Source: Sminthopsis crassicaudata
Taxonomy: Eukaryota
DNA: 64,000 nt
Direction of reading: 5' to 3'
NCBI RefSeq assembly: GCF_048593235.1
Contig: NC_133617.1
Span: forward strand, 78,514,937 to 78,578,936
Under the pieces are notes generated by a model, which had not been told where the DNA came from, did no database searches, and saw only the letters and a list, made by a program, of their open reading frames with translations. Position numbers and translations under genes: made by a program. Shown one piece after another: positions 25,926-38,675 of the stretch (position 1 is its first letter; the number at the start of each line of letters is the position of its first letter).

Positions 25926-26215
25926 TCCTGCCACTATTCCCCAGCCCCCTGTTCATCTTTGCTTTCACTTGCCCCTCCTCCCTGCCTCCCATATCCAGCC
26001 CTCCAGACCTGACTTGGCTTTCGGGCCTACCCCAAGGGAGGCCTACTTGGACATTCTCTCCCCACACCCATCTCTATGTCTGACGATCTTGGCCTCCCAG
26101 GGTCAGACTTCATCACTTTTCACTGGTTTTCTATTGATTCCCATCTGAAATGGAAGACAAGACCTGGCTCTGTTCTCTTAGTAATGCACTTCATTTTTTC
26201 CTTGGCTGCTTTCTA

Positions 26216-26217
<2 letters not shown>

Positions 26218-26255
<38 letters not shown>
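26218..26255. repeat. Poly(T)38
   Basis: Read directly from the sequence. Confidence 0.98.
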
Positions 26256-26259
<4 letters not shown>

Positions 26260-28780
26260 CATAGGACTTGTATCACAGCTCCCCCAGGGATGAGCAGGCT
26301 AACAGAGCCATCCATCCATCCATCCATTCATCCATCTATTTATATGTACATAACCAATGAGATATTAAGGGAACACTTTGGTCAGGTCACTTTTATCTCC
26401 TTGCACCTCAGTTTTGTTATTGAAAAAATGGGTACAATATATACCCCCACTATACCATGCTATTGTGAAACAACTATTTGAGCAGTTGTTATTTTCATTA
26501 TAATTGTGGCAAATGATGACCATTTCACTAGGAGGGCTATATGTAGGTAGGTTGATGTCCTGGCAGAGAAGCAGAGGGAACTAGTGACACCTTGTTGCAA
26601 GTCAATTAAACTGTGGCTGAAATGTTTCTGCATCTTATTTCTGTTGTCATAAGGCTCATTCAGCATGAAGCCAGAGAATTGCTGTTAAACCTGAGGTAGC
26701 ATACATGATAAGGACTTCCTTCTCCTTGTCAAGTTGCTCAAAGCTTTTGGGGGAAGGCGTTTGGAAGTGGACAAAATTTTCTGAAGTGCACACTTATCAG
26801 AGAGTGGTGGGATATATAGTAGAATGTACTAAAGACAGGTGCTTATAATTCAGGGCCAGGTACTTTGCCATCAGTGCTGGTGCCCTGTCGACCACCTAGC
26901 AAATTGCTTAGCATCAGGTTATGGAAATTTTTAAGGTCCTATTGCCACTAATAGCTCTATTTCCTGAAATTTATCATGGCCCTACTGGGTGCTAGAGGAG
27001 AATAAAGATTTTTGTTGATCTAATGAGTTTCTGACCCATGGTCAATTTTCAGTTATCTGTAGATAGCACAAGGGACTTATACTACTTGATTATTTAAAGC
27101 TGGCTGTTGAAGAGTTGAGTATTTAGCATGATGAACAAATTTATGAGTTAATACAAAATCAATTCAAAAGAACCTCCCAAATATCTCATATAACAGTATG
27201 AAAAGGTAAAGGAACACACTAAATGTATGAATTTATGATTGAAAATCCACAATTTATTATGATAGATCCTTCCTTTTCTCATTTGTTAGGTCAGGTACAG
27301 ATGTTATGAATTTGAAGAATGGAAAAATATTATTGCTGCCTTCTTATATCTAAAATTATACCACAGGAAATACAGAACAGATTTGTTTTCTTTGGAGCCA
27401 GAGAAAAAAATAAGGGTCATGCATAAAATTGGTAGGAGGTGTTACAAGGAGGTAGATTTTTATTTGATATGATGAAGAACTTTCTAATAATTAGACATGT
27501 GCAAGAGTGGAATAAGCTTTTTTTCTTAATAGGTTTTTGACTCATAACTCATCAGTGGAGAAGGTATTCAAGCATAGACTATTTGTTTTAGATGTTATAC
27601 AAGGGATTCTTATTTAAGGCCTCTAAATTTTTTTTTTTTTTTTTGGCCAGACTCTTTAAATACTTTATTTTTAAAATGTTTTTATTTTATTTTTTTCTTC
27701 ATTACATGTTAAAAACATTTTAATATTCATTTTTTATAATTTTTGAGTTTCACCAAAGATTTTAAAGCAGAAGTTAAATGTAGCCCTGTCAGGGATATTG
27801 TATGTAAAGGAAAAAGAAATATTGGACTGGTTGATTTTTCAGTTCCATTCCATATCTAGGATTATGTGATCCAAAAATTACTACCACTTGGCTTGGAAAT
27901 GAATATATCATAGATTTTAAGGGGAGGACTTGAGACAGAATGTAGAGTTACCTTGTTGACTGTTTCCCATGGGCTATTTCATTGGTTTTGTAATCTATGA
28001 ACCTAAGTGTGAGTGTGAGCTATTTTTTCTTTCCCCTCCCACCTCTCTCCCCAGGGTCCTGGGCAATATGACACATGATTAAACCATTTTATTGGCAGTA
28101 TTGTTACAGAATAATTATTCTTCAACTAAAATAAGCTTTGGGCTTTAAGAAAGGCACAAAAGGAATTGTGGTAGTTCCTGTTTAACTTTTAATAGCAGCA
28201 ATGAAATGGAATAATTTCTATGCTTAGATGCACTTCCCTACTAGACTAATCTTTCTATTACAACCTGTTCCTTATGTCATTTCCCTGACTCTCTTAAAGG
28301 GGCAAGTTGAAGTCTAGTTTACACAGCCTGGGACTCTGCCATCTGGCTTATTTTGTCTTCCATCCTACAAAGCATGACCGCTCTCTTCCAATTAGATTAG
28401 TCTCCTTAGGTTTTGCACACATATGACTTACTCCCAGCACTCTACATTTGCCCATGTTGGTCCTGCAGCCTAGAATCTCCTTCTCATCTTGACTTCCTGT
28501 ATGAATCATTCTCATCATTCAAAACCCAGCTCAAATTCTCCCTCCACCATGAGGTCTTTCATCCCTACGACAGAATACACATCCATCTCTTCCTATTTTG
28601 ACTTCCCACGGCACTTACTGCCATACCATTTATTTTTCATTTAATCATATATTAACTTAGTGGGGTTTTTTAGATCAGATATTCATAAAATGGATAGGGA
28701 CCTTATATCATTTAATCATTTTTGTGGAATCTTCCTGATTCTAGGCCTGGCATGCTATCTACTGCATCACCTAGCTGCCT

Positions 28781-29150
28781 GACTCTCGTGACCCCATTTG
28801 GGGTTTTGTTGGCAACTCATTTTGCAGATGAGGAAACTGAGACAAATAGGACCAAGTGACTTGCCCAGGGTCACAGATAGGGTATGTCTGGGGCTCGATT
28901 TGAATCCAGCCGCTTCATATTTGGTTGTAGGTGCTGTAGTCAATAGAATGTCAGACTTGAAAGTCAGGAGAATTCATCTTCCTTAGTTCAAATCTGGCCT
29001 CAAACACTCAACTCTGGACAAATCATTTAACACTGTTTGCCTCAATTTCCTCATCTGTAAAATGAGCTGGATTAGGAAATGGCAAACCACTTCAGTATCT
29101 TTGCCAAGAAAACCCTAAATATAGTCACAAAGAGCCAGGCCCCACTGAAA
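28781..29150. mobile_element. Two MAR1-type SINEs in opposite orientation (minus ~28781-28905, plus ~28925-29150)
   Basis: gaccccatttggggttttgttggcaactcattttgcagatgaggaaactgag versus ctcaatttcctcatctgtaaaatgag...tctttgccaagaaaacccta. Confidence 0.7.
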
Positions 29151-30203
29151 AACCTCTAACCATAAGACCACAGTGTCAAAAACAAAAACAAAAACAAATT
29201 GGAAGGGACTTCAATGACTACCTAATTCTAAACTATACCTGAATCAGAATAGGTTTTCTCAACAACCGGCATCTTGCCTCAGTTTGACATGCTCCACTGA
29301 GGAAGAATCCAGTACTTTCTGAAGTTACCCATTCCATTTTTGGTTAGACACCTCATTATTAGGAAATTTTCTTACATTAAACCTAAATCTGCCAATGTGC
29401 AAACTTATATCAGATGATATTTGGATTTTCCTTTGGAACAAATCTGATCTATCACATTATAGTCCTTCGTATAACTAAAAATGTTACTTTGTTCCCCAAT
29501 ATCTTCCTTTCTCCAGAAAAAAAAATACCTTAAGTTCCTTCACCCAGTTCTTGTATATCATATTTTTACCATCTGGTGATTGTCTTTTGAAAAGCACTAC
29601 AGCTTGTCATACAGATTCAGAAGCGATCTCAAAGGCTCTGTAACCCGATCCATATTAAGGGGTTTTGAGATGTAGAGGAGGAGATGAGAAGGAATACTTG
29701 AAGAACTTTCTCTATATTCTTAGCAAAATAGGAGGTAAGGACCTTAACTGAAAAGACAGAGTAAGAAGTGGTATGAGAAGTTTGAAAAGAGAAGAGAAAA
29801 TGTAGAATAGCTACCATGTAGAGTCAAATAGAGAATTATTTAGGGAAAGTAAGAGAATGGCTGCAGTGAGTCCAACAGAGATTATATAACATAAACTTAC
29901 AGTGGAACCAGTTAGCATGATTATGAGATTTTTTCCTAGCTCTGTTCGACAATACAGAAATAAGGACAAAAGAAGCAGATGATAATACTTCTGCATTGTT
30001 CTAGTTAGCAAAACCATGAGTGGAAAGAGGAGAAGAAGGAAATGAATTTGATAGTATAGGACAATTTAGAGTTAAATATGTAATTATAGGATCAAGATTT
30101 AATTGTAACTGTAAATAGAAACGCTAAATTTATGCTCAAGTTTAAAAAGAAAAACAACTTTATAAGTAAAAGACGGCAGAGGAATGGCCAGGTAACCATT
30201 CGC

Positions 30204-30225
30204 GGGGGGGGGGGGGGGGGGGGGG
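30204..30225 (+). repeat. Poly(G)22
   Basis: Read directly from the sequence. Confidence 0.97.
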
Positions 30226-30289
30226 AGGAAGAGAAGACCTGAAGTTTTAGTTGTCAACCTGCTCAGTATTATAATACAGCAACCAAAAA

Positions 30290-31760
30290 AACTAATGAGA
30301 ACTTATGAAGAGGACCACCAATGCAGGGCTGGGGAGATGATAGTTTTACTTTACTTGGCTCTGATTAGACCACATTTGGATTTATATATAGACCATCCAG
30401 AATAAAGGAACTAGGATGGTGAAGGGCATTGAAATATAATGACTAAAAGAACTAGATATATTTGTCCTGAAGAAAAGTGAGGCTGTGGGAAAGAAATGTT
30501 TTCAAATATTCAAATACTACTTACATTTAAGAGAGATTATGTGTATTCTGCTTATTCCCAAAAGTGAACTAGCAATGGGTAAAAGCTGCAAAGAAGTAAT
30601 TTTTTTTCTTTTTTTTTTTTTTTAATTAAATAACTTTTTTTTTTTTTTTTTTACAATACATATGCATGGGTAATTTTTTACAATATTATCCTTTGCACTC
30701 AATTCTGTTCCGAGTTTTTTGCTTCTTCCCTCCACCCCCTCCCCTAGATGGCAGGCAGTCCCATACATGTTAAGTATGTTATAGTATATCCTTGATATAA
30801 TATATGTGTGCAGAACCGAATTTTTTTGTTGCACAGGAAGAATTGGATTCAGAAGGTAAAAATAACCTGGGAAGAAAAACAAAAATGCACACAGTTTACA
30901 CTCATTTCCCAGTGTTCCTTCTCTGGGTGTAGCTGATTCTGTCCATCATTGATCAATTGGAACTGGATTAGAGCTTCTCTATGTTGAAGATATCCACTTC
31001 CATCAGAATACATCCTCATGCAGAAGTGTATAATGATCTCCTGGTTCTGCTCACTTCACTCTACATCAGTCCATGTTAGTCTCTCCAAGCCTCTCTGTAT
31101 TCATCCTGCTGGTCATTTCTTACACAACAATAATATTCCATAATATTTATCATAATTTACCCAACCATTCTCCAATTGATGGGCATCCATTCATTTTCCA
31201 GTTTCTAGCTATAACAAAAAGAGCTGCCACAAACATTTTGGCACATAACAGGTCCCTTTCCCTTCTTTAGTATTTCTTTGGGATATAAGCCCAGTAGTAG
31301 CCCTACTGGGTCAAAGGATATGCGCAGTTTGATAACTTTTGGGGCATAGTTCCAGATTGCTCTCCAGAATGGTTGGATTCTTTCACAACTCCACCAATAA
31401 TGCATCAATGTCCCAGTTTTCCCGCATCCCCTCCAGCATTCATCATTATTTTTTCCTGTCATCTTAGCCAATCTGACAGGTGTGTAGTGGTATGTCAGAG
31501 TTGTCTTAATTTGCATTTCTCTGATCAGTAGTGATTTGGAGCACTCTTTCATATGAGTGAAAATAGTTTCAAATTTCATCATCTGAAAATTGTTCATATC
31601 CTTTGACCATTTATCAATTGGAGAAGCAAAGAAATAAATTTAAAGTAGATAAAAGAAAAATCTTCCTTAGAGTTAGAGCTCTTCATAAAGGAAGTGGTCT
31701 GCTCAGAATATAATGGATTCTCTTCTTCACTGACATCTTCAAAGTCAAGAAGGACCAGTT
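30290..31760 (+). mobile_element. L3/CR1 3' fragment split by the L1 at 30601-31625
   Basis: cttggctctgattagaccacatttgg...catccagaataaaggaactaggatggtgaaggg before the L1; L3-like 3' end resumes after it. Confidence 0.6.
30601..31625 (-). mobile_element. 5'-truncated L1, subfamily B
   Basis: ORF 31205-31597 is L1 ORF2p ([13 protein letters not shown] zinc knuckle). Imperfect TSD gcaaagaagtaa / gcaaagaaataa at 30588 and 31626. Confidence 0.95.
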
Positions 31761-31771
31761 GTGATATAGAC

Positions 31772-31962
31772 CAAAGGTGTTCAGTTCACAGGACCATGAG
31801 GATACAGATTCCTGACCTGAACCAGATTAAAATTAAATTAGGAAATGTTCAGCAAAAATTAAATTAAAAAATATAATACAATATAGATAATGTTAATTTG
31901 TAGTTTTCTAAAGTAATATGCTGCGTGTGGAAATCCATTTCTGTTTGAGTTTAAAACCCTTG
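31772..31962. mobile_element. Non-autonomous hAT (Charlie-type) MITE, older
   Basis: Degenerate TIRs caaaggtgttcagttc ... gagtttaaaacccttg; 8-bp TSD atatagac / atatagat. Confidence 0.7.
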
Positions 31963-31974
31963 ATATAGATAATG

Positions 31975-33020
31975 TTTCCTGATTCAGGTGAATTTTCTCT
32001 TCTCTTTTCACTTCTTATACCATTTTTACCTCTTCTCTTATCTAAGGTTCTCTCCTCATACTTCACTGAGAAAGCAGACTATTCCTAAGTGCTCCTGATC
32101 CCTTTCTCCACACCTCAAAACCCCTTCCATTCTCTTCTCCATTACATTACTGTGGTACAAAGGAGATCCTTATCCTTGCCAAGGCCATCTCTTAGATTCC
32201 CAACTCCTCCAGAGACTGCCCCCACAGCCATTCTTCCTGCCCTTTATCTATCCTCTCCTCCTGATTATTTTTACACTCTGGTATTTTTGGTAGTGTTCTC
32301 TATTGTTTCTCCTTCTGTCTGACTGCTGTTTCTCAGTTTCCTTGCTGAGTCATCATTCATATCATACCTTCTAAGTGGGAATTTCCTAAGTGTATGTTCT
32401 AGACCTTCTGTTCTTTTTCTGTACTTTGAATTTGGAACTCTTATCAACTCCTGGAGATTTAACTATTAACTCTACTCAGATCTATATGAATAGTCCCATA
32501 TCTTTCTCTTAAGCTTCAGTTTTATTCTACCAAATGTCTGTTACACACTTCCACCTGGATATCCTATAGACCAGTGGTCCTCAAACTTTTTAAATAGGGG
32601 GCCAGTTCACTGTCCCTCAGACTGCTGGAGGGCCGGACTGTAGTAAAAACAAAAGCTCACACTGTCTCTGTCCCTCAGCCCATTTGCCAGGCCGCATCAA
32701 CATCCTCAGTGGGCCGCATCTGGCCTACGGGCCGTAGTTTGAAAACCCCTGCCATAGACATTTCAAACTCAGCATGTTCAAACAGAACTCCCTCCCAAAC
32801 TTCCCTTCTTCAGAACGTTTGTATTTTTGATGAAGGCAGTCATCCTCCTAATATTAAAGTCCTTGCCCCATACTGCCTCTGTCACTTAATATTTCTAGTA
32901 GCTCCATCTCCACTTTCTGTATTTGCTTTCTTCTTTCTATTTATGTGGCCACCAACCTAATTCAGCCTCACCTCTCACCTGGGTTACTGTAATAACCTCC
33001 AGTCTCACTTCCCCCAATTC
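31975..33020 (+). mobile_element. L2 fragment, interrupted by the OC1-type MITE
   Basis: Pyrimidine-rich L2 phrases (catacttcactgagaaa; ttccacctggatatcctatagac|atttcaaactcagcatgttcaaacagaactc). Confidence 0.7.
32572..32751. mobile_element. OC1 (OposCharlie1/hAT1)-type non-autonomous hAT transposon
   Basis: TIRs cagtggtcctcaaact ... agtttgaaaacccctg; 8-bp TSD ctatagac / ccatagac. 5' sequence matches my recollection of OC1 non-autonomous elements. Confidence 0.8.
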
Positions 33021-33600
33021 ATACGTCATTTATCCTTCCCCATAAAGAAGAGAAAACTGAGCTTCATAGAGAGGAAAGCCAGGCTGACACAAGCAATAAG
33101 TAGCAATAAGCAAAGGTCAGCATTTGAACCTAGTTTCTCTGACTCAATATCCAGTGCTCTTTCATTACTCCATAAGTTTTATTCATTTTTCTTCCCACCA
33201 TTTTCTTTACCTTACTTCCATACTTGGATTATTTTTAAGCTAACGTTGGGAAGGGCCACATACTTGGAAATTTTTTAAGTTTCCTATATTGGAAGTTTTC
33301 ACTTTTTCTCCTGTGCTTTTACATAGATTTGGAAACAGTGATGCCAGTACTTCTAACACATAACATTCCACTAAGTCCTGATGATTGGGATTTGATTTGT
33401 TAATGCTCTTAAAGAAATCTTGTTAAACTGTGGTTCAAGATTTTAGGGCTGGCCTTTAAAACTGGGCAAAAACTTCGAAGCGGGGTGCTTTCCTCTCTGG
33501 CTAGGATTCAACAGTGCAGAAAGAGCCTTTATTTTAAGGAGTTGCCATGATTAGGTGAAGTTGTTTTTTAAATGAAGTAAATGTTATTCTTAGTCACACT

Positions 33601-33614
33601 CCAGCAGGGGGAGA
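33601..33614 (+). promoter_or_regulatory. Candidate CTCF site
   Basis: ccagcagggggaga versus consensus CCASYAGRKGGCRS (mismatches at the 3' end). Confidence 0.35.
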
Positions 33615-35805
33615 CAGGTCATTATTAGTGTTGTTGGAGAAGTCTGAAGAAGGTTATTTAATTTTTAAGGCAAGGAGTACCCAGGAAGTGTCCAGAGTGT
33701 GTGACTGAGGGAATGATACCTGAACATTCCAAGCAACAAAGACACAGGCATAGAAATCAGAATACATGTGTGACATTTCCAAACTTTCAACACTGAGACT
33801 AGTGAGGCATTTTACTTTAGAATCATCTCCAAGCATTTTTTTATCTTGCTAAAAATTCCCTTCTTCTAGAAAGTCTTCTCAGATTAATCCCACCTGCATC
33901 TAATCACCTAATTAAATTTTTTTTTTGTTACATGAACTTCATGTCTGTATGCAACAAAATGAAAGGAATCTACAGCAATTCCTAAGCTGTGTTCCAGTGA
34001 ATCTTACCTGTTTTCTTTCTCTGTCATTTGCCAAAGACCAGCACCAGCCTTCTCAGCTCCTTCCCTTATATAAGGTAGAGTTTTCAAAATGACTTTACTG
34101 TTGATTAAGAAGAAAAAGATAGGAAAACAGCAGCAGTAACAGCAGTCCACCTCATGGAATATGGGAATGGCAAGTGATCTGGAATTTTCTCCTAAAGCTT
34201 CCTCTTCTCACACCCTTGAGACCATCATAACTTCCTGGCCTTATTTGATATGTAATGTGCTTGCTGTTGCCACATTGCCTTGGGAGAAGAAGGTCTGACA
34301 CATGCCTCTCCTCCTGTCTAACACCTGTTTTAGCTCCTTTCTATTCTCCAGCTGCTACCCCTTATGGTCTTTCCCACCATCTTTCTGGGTTAGGATTTCA
34401 AGGTAATTTTGACCCTCCCAATTAGCAAGATTTTTTAGCCAATAGCCTATTCAGACTAATTTATTTGATTCAAGGCCCTCCTCAATGTGACACCATTTTA
34501 TCTTTCCATTTTTATTTATTGCTCTCTTCTATGTACTCTATAGGTTAGACAAACTAGATTGTATTCTTTCCACTTCTGTCCCTCTTCTAAAACTATTCCA
34601 AGTGCCTTGAATGTATTACCTCTCCTTTCCCTACTGAATTTATACCCATCCTTTAAAGCTTACTTTAGATACTTACCACCAAAATCTAATTTTCTTCCCT
34701 CTCTAATCCCAAGTGGTAATAATTTTCTCCCTTTGATCTCACATGACACTTTGCCCTTTTTAAATGAATTTATCATATAATATTGACTATTAGAGTTGAT
34801 AGATATTATAGATAAGACATAATCTTGGAGAGAAACCAAAATGTTGTTTCAGAAGCCCTGGGTTCAGATCATATCTCTGTATTTTTTCTTAAGCTGTTAC
34901 TCTTGAGATGAACAAGTTTTTCTGGCCTGACTTAAACTTCTTCTATTTAATGTGTAATATGAAATATGTGACTTAACTATTCACTTATTTGTTGTGTGTG
35001 ATGATGGACAAGTCAATAAATATCTTGGATCTCATTTGCTCAGTCATAAAATGAGAGATTTAAGCTAGAAGACCTCTAAGGGCCCTTGTCCTGGCCACAA
35101 GTTGAGCACTGATCCCTAGACATCTCATAAATATGGGTTTTAATTCAAAAAAGACTGGGTGAGGTACTCCATAAAATATTTCTGTAGCTAAAGCCATAAT
35201 TTAAAGCTTATAAACCTGCTGTTGGTGTCAGGAATATCCCTCTCATCTGAGGACTGCTTTCTTAATTGATGACTCCTCATCTGGAACATCATTCTATGAA
35301 GGATCCCAGTCATGCTTACTGAACTTCCAGCTCATCTTACTCTCTGGACTATACCTATCTCCTCAGTTTTCCAGCTTCCTTTTGTATGTTTCTTCCCCTA
35401 TTAGACTATAAGCTTCTTGAGAGTAAGAACAATCTTGCTTGCTTGAATTTGTCAAGAACTTTAAAAAAGTGTCTGGAATATAATAGACACTTAATACACA
35501 TTACATTATATATGTGTGTAAATTTGTGTGTGCAGATACATATACATAAATGTGTTCACATACACATGCACACAAGATATTTTCATGATTCTCCCTCAAA
35601 AGCATGAAAAGGGAACATAATATCAACCTGGTTAAAATCAAAGAATGGTTGCTAAGAAATATCTAGCAGAGTATACTTGTGAACAGATGAGAAGACATGG
35701 GCTCACTAAAGGATAGTACAGTTGAGTAGACTTGGAGAGATCAATTAGACACTCCCACCCCCAACCCCTACCTAGTTGGTCTTTAATGGATTACTCTTGA
35801 CCAAC

Positions 35806-36001
35806 AAGGAATACCCAGAAATCTGTCCTCTACCATGTTTTTAAATATTATTTTTATTGAAAATTTTTGGTTTTGCTTTGTTTTCATTTCTGAATATTAG
35901 CAAAGGAATACCCAGAAATCTGTCCTCTACCATGTTTTTAAATATTATTTTTATTGAAAATTTTTGGTTTTGCTTTGTTTTCATTTCTGAATATTAGCAA
36001 A
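35806..36001. repeat. Tandem duplication of a 97/96-bp unit
   Basis: Units start at 35806 and 35903 and differ only by one T in a T-run. Confidence 0.95.
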
Positions 36002-38054
36002 GCAAGACGCATTTATAACACATTATTTGTCAAGTGCAAAAATATGATATGGAGGCCAAAAAAGTTAATGCAGCCTTATACTATGTTAATTAATAAAAGT
36101 AGAGCCCAGACTGAGAAAGATATCACTGCTCTCTGCCCTTCTAGGTCACAGATGAAGTGCTGTTTCAGTTGTGGACATTATATTTAGAAGTGACATTGAA
36201 AAACCAGTATGACCTGAAGAGGACAACTAGAATAGTTAGAAGACTGAAAAACAAGCCAGAGGAAATTTGATTTAAAGTGGTCTTGTGGGTTCCCCTCTAG
36301 CTATAAAGTTCTGGGATTCTTGAGATTCTCTGGGTATTATTGATCCTTTGATCAGTGTCAACTTGTGAGCAAACTGGTTTCCCTGTGTTGACCCTGGCCT
36401 AGTAGATAGTAGATCTTTGCCTGGAGACCATCCAACCTCTATAATCTACACCCATCTATGCCTGACCATCCTGGGAGTTTCCTAGAAGCATGAGTATACT
36501 CCAAGCTCTTTGCCCCTATCTTTCCCTTTGTCTGGAATTCTCCTCTCCCTTTTCTCTGCTTTAGACTCTTATCATTGAAAACTTACTATCCTTTATGTTT
36601 GAGTTCAAAGAATATCTCCATCCTAATGTCTTTTCCTGGCCTCTTTCTTCCCTGCTAGCAGTGTCTCTTTTCTCCTTTAGGCAGCTAGGTGCATATGACA
36701 CAGTAGATGGGAACCCCAGTGACCCTGGAGACATTTGGAATGATAATAGCACTTACCTCCCAAGTTTTGTGTGAGGATTAAATAAAGTAGTATTTATAAA
36801 CACTGCAAAACTTAAAACATTATATAAAGTGCTATTTGTTATTAACTTTCATAGTATATTGCTATCCTGTAAGTACTTATCCTATCCTACTTGCCTTTCT
36901 GATTATGTATGTCCCTGAGTTATCTCTTCAACTAAATTGTAAACTTCGTTAAGGCTGGGGACAGGACTTGTTTCCCTTTGGTTTCAAACACAAAAATTGA
37001 GTTTCTCAGCTCTATTTCAAAGTGGATATTTAATAAATAAAAATTGAATAGGTAGATAAAAGAATTGAGTACAGATGAATCCAGTACAAAAAAATCCCTC
37101 AGTTCCTAAGGAACTGGGAAAAAAATAAAGATCAAACTACAAAGGGATAACAACCAAGTGAGGCTTCCTGGAGAAAGCTACTTTAGGCAGGTGGGGAGCT
37201 AAATTGAGAGGAGGGACAAATGCCTATGAAAAGGGCCAATGGCTATACTGAGTTTGTAGCTCTGTTCTATAGGACCTAGAACCTAAAGCAGAGAGAAAGC
37301 TTAGTCCCTAGAGTTGAATCCTAACTGCACAAATTTGCATCACTCTGAATGAACAGAAGCAGCTCTGATCTTGTGAATAGTTATTACTTCTGGCACTTAA
37401 GGAATAATTTGGCAGAAGAAAAGAGTCAGAAAATCTGAGTTCTAGATCTCTCATTCTTCCCCTGAATGGGGGGTGGGGGGAAGATCTAAATCAGTGATTC
37501 CCAATCTTTGGGTTCTCAGACTCCAATGAGTATGATTAAGCAGAAATCATTAAATTGAATCGTTGATTCCATTAAATATTTTCTCAATATTGTAATGATT
37601 GTAATTGTAAATAGCAAAAGAAAAAAGTATCACAGGATCATAGATTTAGATTTTGAAAAGAATTTAGAGAATATTTAGGCTCTTCTGCTTTTACAGATGA
37701 GAAGCTTAGGCCTAGAGAATTAAGACCTGACCAAGGTCCCACAGGTAGCAAAAGAGAAAAACGGGATGTAAATTTGGATCTTCTACCTCTACATTCAGCA
37801 TTCTTTTCCATGATACTATGCTGCTTGGTACCATTTTCATATGAAGATCCTCAATTTTTGTTATACTTTAAAAAAGAGGGCTTTACACTAAGAAGAAGTT
37901 AGGAATCACTGGTTCTTGTGACCTGTGAGACTTCTTCCAGTTTTGAGGTTCTGTGATTTCTGTAGTTGGAATTTTTAAACTTAATGCCCTCAGCTCCTAA
38001 GTCATTGGGCACTAAACTTAGTATTGTGAGGGGGTAGCTATTAAAAGACAAGCA

Positions 38055-38515
38055 ATACCCAGTTTTTGCAGCCAGCTGGATGAAACACCAATAGCTTCAG
38101 TGAAANNNNNNNNNNNNNNNNNNNNNNNNNNNNNNNNNNNNNNNNNNNNNNNNNNNNNNNNNNNNNNNNNNNNNNNNNNNNNNNNNNNNNNNNNNNNNNN
38201 NNNNNNNNNNNNNNNNNNNNNNNNNNNNNNNNNNNNNNNNNNNNNCCTTAATAATGGAGCAATAGCATTTGTAATGGAGGCATTGCAATTAGTATTGCCC
38301 ACCAATACAGTGTCTTGGTGATGGGGGTCATTGAATCATTTTTATTCATTACAGCAGAGAAAAAGGGCAGTCTAACTTGTAAGCATCGAGCTTGGGCAGG
38401 CATCCCATAGGTAATGAAGTCCTCAAAAATGACTCTCTTCAGGGCCCATTGCTTTTTCTTCCTATGCTGTTTCTGTGGGATTTCCCTTTCCTCTTGCTTG
38501 ACATTTCCACTTCCA
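38055..38515 (-). pseudogene. Decayed betaretrovirus-like (ERV2) gag CA-NC fragment
   Basis: Minus-strand motifs in correct order: W..KGNP..K.MGPEES/FEDFI (major homology region, frameshifted), VLVGNTN..AIAPL, then CF..KTGY about 55 codons later across the gap. Confidence 0.5.
38106..38246. other. Assembly gap (141 N)
   Basis: Run of N. Confidence 1.
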
Positions 38516-38675
38516 AAGGTTGGCATGAGAAGATACAAGCAATGAGGAAACCAATGATACAGAAGCCCTATTGTAGCCATCTGGACCATCCTCTTTTCCT
38601 TCTCTTTTCCCCTGATCCCTAATTGAAGATCTGACCCTGTTCACCCAAGGTTCTCAAATCTTCCTTAGGTTCTCA

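Noticed and set aside
38060-38105. + strand FCSQLDETP resembling the hAT transposase FxLQLDESTD motif
   Set aside because: Single short motif with no other transposase motifs; the minus-strand gag reading explains more of the region.
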